The translations under genes were made by a program, and so were the position numbers. Under the pieces are notes generated by a model. It was not told the DNA's origin, ran no database searches, and saw only the letters and a program-made list of their open reading frames with translations. Below are positions 45,403 to 54,480 of a stretch of DNA of 54,480 bases, piece by piece (the stretch's first letter is position 1; each line of letters begins with the position of its first letter). Origin of the DNA: an uncultured Bacteroidaceae bacterium (GTDB taxonomy: Bacteria; Bacteroidota; Bacteroidia; Bacteroidales; Bacteroidaceae); the NCBI GenBank assembly GCA_964537205.1, contig CAZHZH010000002.1, positions 1 through 54,480 of the forward strand. The letters run 5' to 3'.

Positions 45403-46398
45403 ATGAAAAAGTATTTGTTGAAATTAATTGACGGAGCGACTTTGAGCCGTGAGGATACTCACGACATTATGCTCAACCTGACGAAAGAAAAATACAATGA
45501 GGCGCAGATAGCCGCCCTGCTGATGGCGTTGCAAGTCCGCGGCGTGACTGTCGACGAACTTCTCGGCTTTCGTGACGGACTGTTGGAGACTGGCAAGTAT
45601 GTAGACTTGTCTGACTATAACACATTGGATATCGTTGGTACCGGAGGTGACGGGAAAAACACGTTCAATATTTCAACTTGCTCTGCTTTCGTTATAGCTG
45701 GAGCCGGTTACAAAGTGACAAAGCACGGTAACGCGGGCTCTACTTCGGTAAGTGGGGCAAGTAATGTGTTGTTAGGACATGGCGTGAAATTCACGGACGA
45801 TGTCGACAAACTCAAACGCTCACTCGATGAGACGGGTATTTGCTACTTCCATGCGCCGCTCTTTGCTTACGGTATGAAATTTGTTGGGCCTACACGCAAG
45901 GCTCTTCAAGTGCCGACATGCTTCAACCTCCTTGGCCCGCTTGTCAATCCGTGCCATCCAAAAAACTCGCTTCACGGTGCTGCCAATCAGGCTCAGCAAA
46001 GGCTGTATAATAACGTACATCAGCAAATAGGCGACCACTATGGCGTCATTACAAGTTTCGACGGTTACGACGAAATCTCACTTACTGGCGGGTTCAAGAT
46101 TTGTACCAACCTGTTTGAGAAAGTATACACCCCGAAGGATCTCGGACTCGACTATATACAGCCTGAGGAAATCTATGGAGGCGCGACTGCCGAGGACGCC
46201 AAGAAAATATTCGATTCCGTACTGGAAGGCACGTCTACTCAAGGACAAAAGAATGTCATTATCGCCAATGCCGCATGTGGAATCGGCGTGATGAATCCGA
46301 ATCTTACCATTGAGGATACGGTCAACCAGGCTCGTGAATCACTCGACAGCGGCAAGGCTCTCGCTACATTCAAAAAGTTCGTCGAACTTAACAGCTGA
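45403..46398 (+). CDS. trpD: Anthranilate phosphoribosyltransferase
   Basis: 331 aa. Motifs: DIVGTGGDGKNTFNIST and KHGNAGSTS. Confidence 0.9.
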   Translation: MKKYLLKLIDGATLSREDTHDIMLNLTKEKYNEAQIAALLMALQVRGVTVDELLGFRDGLLETGKYVDLSDYNTLDIVGTGGDGKNTFNISTCSAFVIAGAGYKVTKHGNAGSTSVSGASNVLLGHGVKFTDDVDKLKRSLDETGICYFHAPLFAYGMKFVGPTRKALQVPTCFNLLGPLVNPCHPKNSLHGAANQAQQRLYNNVHQQIGDHYGVITSFDGYDEISLTGGFKICTNLFEKVYTPKDLGLDYIQPEEIYGGATAEDAKKIFDSVLEGTSTQGQKNVIIANAACGIGVMNPNLTIEDTVNQARESLDSGKALATFKKFVELNS

Positions 46399-46412
46399 CA
46401 TTCACGATTTGT

Positions 46413-47213
46413 ATGAAAGACATATTGGAGGAAATAGTGGCGAACAAGCGCAAGGAACTTCAACGGCAGAAAGAGTCAGTGCCTGCGAGCGAACTGTATT
46501 CCACGGTCGATAAGATGATAGAAGGAGAGGTGCGCGTCCCGTTGTCGATGCGCGCCTCGCTGTCGGCTTCACAATCGGGCGTCATTGCCGAATTTAAGCG
46601 TAAAAGTCCTTCGAAGGGATGGATTCATGAAGACGCCAAGGTTGAGGATGTCGTACCTCTGTATTCCCAAAACGGGGCTGCGGCTGTTTCCATCCTGACT
46701 GATGAGGCGTATTTTGGCGGTAACTTGCGCTATATCCCTAAAGTGCGTGAACAGACAAGTGTTCCGATTCTGCGAAAGGATTTCATTGTCGATGAATATC
46801 AGTTGTTTCAGGCACGACTTGTCGGTGCTGACGCGGTGTTGTTGATTGCTGCCGACCTGACTCAGAATGAATGCCGTACGTTGGCGGCTACTGCACACGA
46901 ATTGGGGCTGGAAACTCTATTAGAGGTTCACACGGAGGCTGAGCTTGATTATGTTGGCGACAATATAGATATGGTCGGGGTGAACAACCGCAATCTGGGA
47001 ACGTTCCACACTGACGTGCAGAACTCATTCCGCATGGCGTCGAGCCTTCCGAGCGGCTATCTGCTGGTCAGTGAGAGCGGAATAGGGAACGTCGAGACTG
47101 TAAGGCAACTGCGTGAAGCCGGATTCCGCGGATTTCTCATTGGCGAGACCTTCATGAAGGATTCAAACCCCGGTGCGGCTTTGGCGCGATTCATAACTGA
47201 AATAACGGTATGA
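46413..47213 (+). CDS. trpC: Indole-3-glycerol phosphate synthase
   Basis: 266 aa. Motifs: VIAEFKRKSPSKG, ILRKDFIVDEYQ and VGVNNRNL. Confidence 0.9.
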   Translation: MKDILEEIVANKRKELQRQKESVPASELYSTVDKMIEGEVRVPLSMRASLSASQSGVIAEFKRKSPSKGWIHEDAKVEDVVPLYSQNGAAAVSILTDEAYFGGNLRYIPKVREQTSVPILRKDFIVDEYQLFQARLVGADAVLLIAADLTQNECRTLAATAHELGLETLLEVHTEAELDYVGDNIDMVGVNNRNLGTFHTDVQNSFRMASSLPSGYLLVSESGIGNVETVRQLREAGFRGFLIGETFMKDSNPGAALARFITEITV

Positions 47214-47830
47214 TAGTCAAAGTATGCGGCATGCGTGATGCCGACAACATAAAGGAGGTAGAGTCGCTCGGTGTAGACTGGATGGGATTCATATTCTATC
47301 CGCGAAGTTCACGGTATGTCGGCGAGGAAGCTCCCGCCTATTTGCCTGCCAAGTGCAAAAGGGTCGGTGTGATGGTGAACGCTTCGCTTGAGGAAATCAT
47401 CCGCCGGCAGTCGCAGTTCGCACTTGACTTCATACAGCTTCATGGCGATGAGTCCCCTCAGTTTTGCGCCTCGGTCAAAGAACGCGTACCAAACGTGAAA
47501 CTCATAAAGGTGTTCCACATCAAGGACAAATCCGACTTGAACGCTGTAGGCAAGTATGATGGCGTGGCGGACTGTTTCCTATTTGAGACAAAAGCCGGCG
47601 TATATGGCGGAAGCGGAATGAAGTTCGATTGGGACTTGCTTGACTCATACCATGGTGACGTGCCGTTTTTAATCACGGGCGGAATCGGCGTTGACGATGC
47701 CGAAAGTATCAGCCGATTGTCACATCCTCGCTTTGCCGGGGTCGACATTAACAGTCGTTTCGAGATTTCGCCTGCGGTGAAGGACGTGGATTTGATACGG
47801 GAATTCCTTTCCCGTTTGAAAAATAGATAA
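47210..47830 (+). CDS. trpF: Phosphoribosylanthranilate isomerase
   Basis: 206 aa. Motifs: MIVKVCGM, QLHGDES and the GGIG region. There is a 4-nt overlap with trpC. Confidence 0.85.
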   Translation: MIVKVCGMRDADNIKEVESLGVDWMGFIFYPRSSRYVGEEAPAYLPAKCKRVGVMVNASLEEIIRRQSQFALDFIQLHGDESPQFCASVKERVPNVKLIKVFHIKDKSDLNAVGKYDGVADCFLFETKAGVYGGSGMKFDWDLLDSYHGDVPFLITGGIGVDDAESISRLSHPRFAGVDINSRFEISPAVKDVDLIREFLSRLKNR

Positions 47831-47894
47831 TGTGTCTTATAGACTTATACAATTAATGGGAATTAGATAAATGGTTATAAAGAGAAATAACAGC

Positions 47895-48668
47895 ATGAAC
47901 AGAATAGATAAATTGTTTGCGGAAAAGAAGACAGGGATCTTGTCTATATACTTTTGTGCGGGGCATCCTACGCTCGACGGAACCGTCAACACAATCGAGA
48001 CGCTTGAACGCAACGGCGTGGACCTAATAGAAATCGGCATACCGTTTTCCGACCCGATGGCGGACGGCCCGGTAATTCAGGATGCGGCTACCAAAGCGTT
48101 GAGGAACGGAATGACGCTCCGCCTGCTTTTCTCGCAACTTGAGAACATCCGTGAGTCGGTAAAGATACCACTCATTTTGATGGGCTACTTGAACCCTATA
48201 TATCAATATGGCTATGACGCTTTTTTCAAGAAGTGCGGTTCGGTAGGCATAGACGGGGTGATTATCCCCGATTTGCCGTTCAAGGACTACCTTAATGAAG
48301 TGAAGCCGATAGCCAACAAGTATGGAATCCATGTAATCATGCTCATTACTCCTGAGACTTCCGATGAGCGTATCCGGTTCATAGACGAACATACCGACGG
48401 TTTCATCTACATGGTGAGCTCGGCGGCTACAACCGGCGCCCAAAAGGAATTCGATGCGCAAAAGCAGGCGTATTTCAATCGCATAGACGGCATGGGACTT
48501 CGCAATCCGCGTATGGTGGGATTCGGAATTTCAAACAAGCAAACCTACGAGGCTGCGCTGAATAATGCTTCCGGTGCGATTATCGGCAGTAAGTTCGTCT
48601 CTCTTATCGACTCTTTGGGTGATGCCGACAAGGCAATCAAGGCCCTTCTTGAAGCCTTGAAGCATTAA
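47895..48668 (+). CDS. trpA: Tryptophan synthase alpha chain
   Basis: Motifs: IEIGIPFSDPMADGPVIQ, YMVSSAATTG and GFGIS. I prefer the ATG at 47895 (MNRIDKLF) over 47871. Confidence 0.85.
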   Translation: MNRIDKLFAEKKTGILSIYFCAGHPTLDGTVNTIETLERNGVDLIEIGIPFSDPMADGPVIQDAATKALRNGMTLRLLFSQLENIRESVKIPLILMGYLNPIYQYGYDAFFKKCGSVGIDGVIIPDLPFKDYLNEVKPIANKYGIHVIMLITPETSDERIRFIDEHTDGFIYMVSSAATTGAQKEFDAQKQAYFNRIDGMGLRNPRMVGFGISNKQTYEAALNNASGAIIGSKFVSLIDSLGDADKAIKALLEALKH

Positions 48669-48688
48669 TAGGACTACATTTCAACGCC

Positions 48689-48713
48689 AACGGATTCCGA
48701 TCGATCGTTTTTT
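48689..48713 (+). terminator. Weak hairpin + T-run after trpA
   Basis: AACGG...TCGTT (5 bp including one G-U) followed by TTTTTT. It lies 20 nt after the trpA stop. The stem is weak. Confidence 0.3.
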
Positions 48714-48717
48714 GTAG

Positions 48718-48725
48718 TATATTTG
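48718..48725 (+). promoter_or_regulatory. -7 promoter box (TATATTTG) for sdaA
   Basis: TAnnTTTG match 28 nt upstream of the ATG at 48753. Confidence 0.5.
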
Positions 48726-48752
48726 TCTTCTCGTTAAAAGGTTGTTTGTGAT

Positions 48753-49955
48753 ATGAAGACAATAAAAGAGATATACCGCATTGGCCGGGGTCCGTCGAGC
48801 AGTCATACTATGGGTCCGCGTCGGGCTGCTGAGATGTTTGCAGAGAGGCACCCGGAGGCAAAATCATTCAAGGTGACACTCTATGGAAGTCTCGCCGCTA
48901 CGGGAAAGGGACACATGACCGACAAGGCAATCCTGGAAATGCTTCCAACGGCTGAGATTGTATGGAGAAGTGACATTTTCCTAAAGTTCCACCCGAACGG
49001 AATGAACTTCAAGAGCTTTGATGCCGGCGGACATGTGACTGATGATTGGACTGTCTATAGTATTGGCGGAGGCGCTTTGGCGGAGGAGGGCAAGGAAAGT
49101 GAACAGCTACCTGAGGTGTACGACAAAAACACCCTTACCGAAATCCTGCAATATTGCGAATGGTCGGGCAAGAACTATTGGGAGTATGTGGAAGACTGTG
49201 AGGGCGATGGAATATGGGACTATCTCCACGATGTGTGGGAGGTGATGTACCAGGCGGTAGAGCGCGGAATCGACAAGGAGGGAGTCCTTCCCGGACCTTT
49301 GCATTTACGCAGGAAGGCCGCCGCTTATTATGTAAAGGCATCGGGTTATAAGGACAACCTGCGCTCGCGCGGACTTGTGTTTGCCTATGCGCTGGCTGTA
49401 AGTGAGGAAAACGCTTCTGGCGGCAGAATCGCAACCGCTCCCACTTGCGGCTCGTGTGGCGTGTTGCCAGGTGTGCTTTACCATTTATGGAAAAGCAAGA
49501 ACTTCAGTGAGGCGCGCATCCTGCGTGCGTTGGCCACTGCCGGACTTATAGGAAATGTGGTGAAACACAATGCTTCAATTAGTGGAGCGGAGGTAGGATG
49601 CCAGGGTGAGGTCGGTGTGGCGTGCGCAATGGCCGCCGCGGCCGCCAACCAGTTGTTTGGCGGCAGTCCGGCTCAAATTGAATATTCGGCGGAGATGGGA
49701 TTGGAACATCATCTCGGAATGACATGCGATCCTGTGTGCGGGTTGGTTCAAATCCCTTGTATAGAACGCAACGCGTACGCTGCGGCGCGCGCCCTCGACG
49801 CCAATATCTTCTCGGCTTTTTCTGATGGCATGCACAGGGTGTCGTTTGACAAGGTCGTGGAAGTTATGAAGCAAACGGGTCATGACCTCCCTTCACTATA
49901 TAAGGAGACGGCTCAGGGAGGATTGGCGAAGGATTATAAGCAAATGCAGATATAA
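48753..49955 (+). CDS. sdaA: L-serine ammonia-lyase (Fe-S dependent, single-chain form)
   Basis: 400 aa. Motifs: IGRGPSSSHTMGP, TAPTCGSCGVLP and GEVGVACAMAA. Confidence 0.85.
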   Translation: MKTIKEIYRIGRGPSSSHTMGPRRAAEMFAERHPEAKSFKVTLYGSLAATGKGHMTDKAILEMLPTAEIVWRSDIFLKFHPNGMNFKSFDAGGHVTDDWTVYSIGGGALAEEGKESEQLPEVYDKNTLTEILQYCEWSGKNYWEYVEDCEGDGIWDYLHDVWEVMYQAVERGIDKEGVLPGPLHLRRKAAAYYVKASGYKDNLRSRGLVFAYALAVSEENASGGRIATAPTCGSCGVLPGVLYHLWKSKNFSEARILRALATAGLIGNVVKHNASISGAEVGCQGEVGVACAMAAAAANQLFGGSPAQIEYSAEMGLEHHLGMTCDPVCGLVQIPCIERNAYAAARALDANIFSAFSDGMHRVSFDKVVEVMKQTGHDLPSLYKETAQGGLAKDYKQMQI

Positions 49956-49959
49956 GATT

Positions 49960-49989
49960 AGCGAGAGAATGGATTCCGTCCTCGCTTTT
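49960..49989 (+). terminator. Hairpin with short T-run after sdaA
   Basis: AGCGAG (49960-49965) pairs with CTCGCT (49981-49986), with an inner GAAT/ATTC pair, followed by TTT. Confidence 0.4.
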
Positions 49990-50023
49990 ACCAGTCGGTA
50001 ATGATAAAACAAAATAAACGAAT

Positions 50024-50785
50024 ATGGCAATAGGAAAATGGATAGGCGGCGTACTTGGAGCTTTCGCAGCCGGACCTATAGGGGCGTTTGTCGGATTCTG
50101 TCTTGGATCGGTCGTTGATATGTTTGTAGACCAAGACGTCACGACGCAAACTACCATACACACCAAACAGGAAGAACGCAACGGCTTCCTCTTCTCCATG
50201 ATGCTTCTCGCCGCGAATATGATTCAGGCGGATGGCAAAATCATGCATTCGGAAATGGATTACATGCGTCGTTTCTTAAGAAACAATTTCGGCGAGGCGG
50301 CTGAACGGCAGGGAGAACAGATATTGTTGCGTTTGTTCGAGTACAAGAAGCAATATGGCGAAGCTGACTGGCACATGAGGATAATGGAGTCGTGCGCCCA
50401 GATGACGCGTCTTATGCCCATTGACTTTCGCTATCAACTCGTATCGTTTCTCGCCGGACTCGCAAAGGCTGACGGACAGGTACATGCTTCGGAGGTCGCA
50501 GTCTTGAAAGAGATGGCCGCGGCGTTGGGCGTAAGCGAAAACGATGTGAACCAACTTCTTTCATTGGGAGAAAACTCGCTCGAAGAATCGTACAAGACAC
50601 TTGGCATAACATCCGACGCGACTGATGAGGAGGTGCGCAAGGCTTACAGGAAAATGGCCTTACAATACCATCCTGACAAGGTGGCGACCCTCGGTGATGA
50701 TGTAAAAGAGGCTGCCAAACGAAAGTTCCAGGAAATAAACGAGGCCAAGGAACGGGTGTATAAATCCAGGGGCATGCAGAAATGA
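50024..50785 (+). CDS. djlA: DjlA-like co-chaperone: N-terminal Gly-rich membrane segment, TerB-like domain, C-terminal J domain
   Basis: 253 aa. N-terminal segment: WIGGVLGAFAAGPIGAFVGFCLGSVV. The C-terminal J domain YKTLGITSDATDEEVRKAYRKMALQYHPDK has the HPD motif. Confidence 0.65.
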   Translation: MAIGKWIGGVLGAFAAGPIGAFVGFCLGSVVDMFVDQDVTTQTTIHTKQEERNGFLFSMMLLAANMIQADGKIMHSEMDYMRRFLRNNFGEAAERQGEQILLRLFEYKKQYGEADWHMRIMESCAQMTRLMPIDFRYQLVSFLAGLAKADGQVHASEVAVLKEMAAALGVSENDVNQLLSLGENSLEESYKTLGITSDATDEEVRKAYRKMALQYHPDKVATLGDDVKEAAKRKFQEINEAKERVYKSRGMQK

Positions 50786-50869
50786 TAATGTAAGTGGAAG
50801 GTGAAAAGGCTTCATGCCGACTCGTGTGCTTGATTTTTGTGACGATAAATTTTGTATAACCAGGAATGA

Positions 50870-54064
<3,195 letters not shown>

Positions 54065-54087
54065 TTAGAGATAAATCAGATTTATGT

Positions 54088-54114
54088 AAAGGGTGGCTTC
54101 GGCTGCCCTTTTTT
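54088..54114 (+). terminator. Rho-independent terminator after the beta-galactosidase gene
   Basis: AAA-GGGTGGC-TTCG-GCTGCCC-TTTTTT: 7-bp stem (two G-U pairs) with a UUCG loop and a T6 run. It lies 24 nt after the stop codon. Confidence 0.6.
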
Positions 54115-54234
54115 ATTGCCTTATCCAGACACTATTGCCATGAACAATCCCCAATCTGACAACTTTTGAATGATTATAGTCAGAAAAAATAACAATTTTG
54201 CGCTGAAACGATACATGCATACAAAATAAAATCG

Positions 54235-54242
54235 TATCTTTG
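54235..54242 (+). promoter_or_regulatory. -7 promoter box (TATCTTTG)
   Basis: TAnnTTTG match 42 nt upstream of the ATG at 54284. Confidence 0.45.
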
Positions 54243-54283
54243 CGACGAATATTGATTAGACGACGAAGAACATTGACCACACT

Positions 54284-54480
54284 ATGATCTCAACTCTTGA
54301 TACATTAGATTGTATTAAGAATTTTGTCCTTGTATGCGTGTTTATGCTTACAGGTGCAGAGGTCTCGTTGTGCTTTGCACAGGAGTCGGCTCCGGCCGAC
54401 TCCTCGCAATGTGCAGGTTTGCGGTCGAAGCATCCGTATCTCATCATATCCGACACTATGCCGCAGATAACCGACTCATT
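54284..54480 (+). CDS. N-terminal part of a secreted protein (gene runs off the right edge of the window)
   Basis: ATG at 54284. MISTLDTLDCIKNFVLVCVFMLTGAEVSLCFAQESAPADSS... is signal-peptide-like. The frame is open to the window end, and a promoter box lies upstream. I prefer this to the antisense 66-aa ORF at 54256..54456. Confidence 0.4.
   Translation, partial: MISTLDTLDCIKNFVLVCVFMLTGAEVSLCFAQESAPADSSQCAGLRSKHPYLIISDTMPQITDS

Noticed and set aside
54256-54456. 66-aa minus-strand ORF at the right edge.
   Set aside because: A plus-strand open frame with a signal peptide and an upstream TATCTTTG box explains the region better.

Overview
This 54.5-kb window reads as a densely packed core-chromosome segment of a Bacteroidota (Bacteroidales-type) genome. 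Three things support that: 18 intergenic TAnnTTTG '-7' promoter boxes sit 20-65 nt upstream of gene starts, two proteins carry type IX secretion (T9SS) C-terminal sorting domains, and there is no obvious Shine-Dalgarno usage.

Gene content, left to right:
- A partial secreted-protein gene.
- A membrane-anchored propeller/Y_Y_Y/AraC regulator, divergent from two paralogous alginate-lyase-like enzymes. One is a T9SS cargo; the other is fused to a beta-helix glycosidase-like domain.
- An operon of a GT-A/GT2/HIT-like fusion protein, a SpoIID/LytB protein and an AmpG-type permease.
- A TIGR01212-type radical SAM gene and two small membrane proteins.
- GT2-AddA-AddB, then RarA-MutS2.
- An oxidoreductase plus a putative outer-membrane barrel.
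- RlmD, a DUF3737-like protein and Mfd.
- NfeD-flotillin plus a secreted protein.
- An 830-aa repeat-built T9SS cargo.
- aroB and a complete trpB-E-G-D-C-F-A operon.
- sdaA, a DjlA-like co-chaperone, a GH2 beta-galactosidase, and a partial secreted-protein gene at the right edge.

I found no rRNA, tRNA, CRISPR array, integrase, transposase or recognisable defence or toxin module. I therefore cannot support a clear-cut novel 'system'.

The items most worth a second look are:
1. A 26-codon leader ORF with tandem Trp codons (W-R-W), followed by an intrinsic terminator in front of trpB. This is a candidate attenuator.
2. The tri-domain GT/HIT-like fusion that is translationally coupled to SpoIID/LytB and AmpG. 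This is a candidate uncharacterised cell-wall salvage module.
3. The paired lyase-like enzymes under a phosphorelay-less transmembrane AraC regulator.
4. A five-repeat T9SS cargo protein.
5. A 14-16 nt motif present three times in intergenic DNA.
6. A 174-bp element bounded by 22/24-bp inverted repeats.

All family names are assigned by eye from motifs and need HMM or BLAST confirmation.
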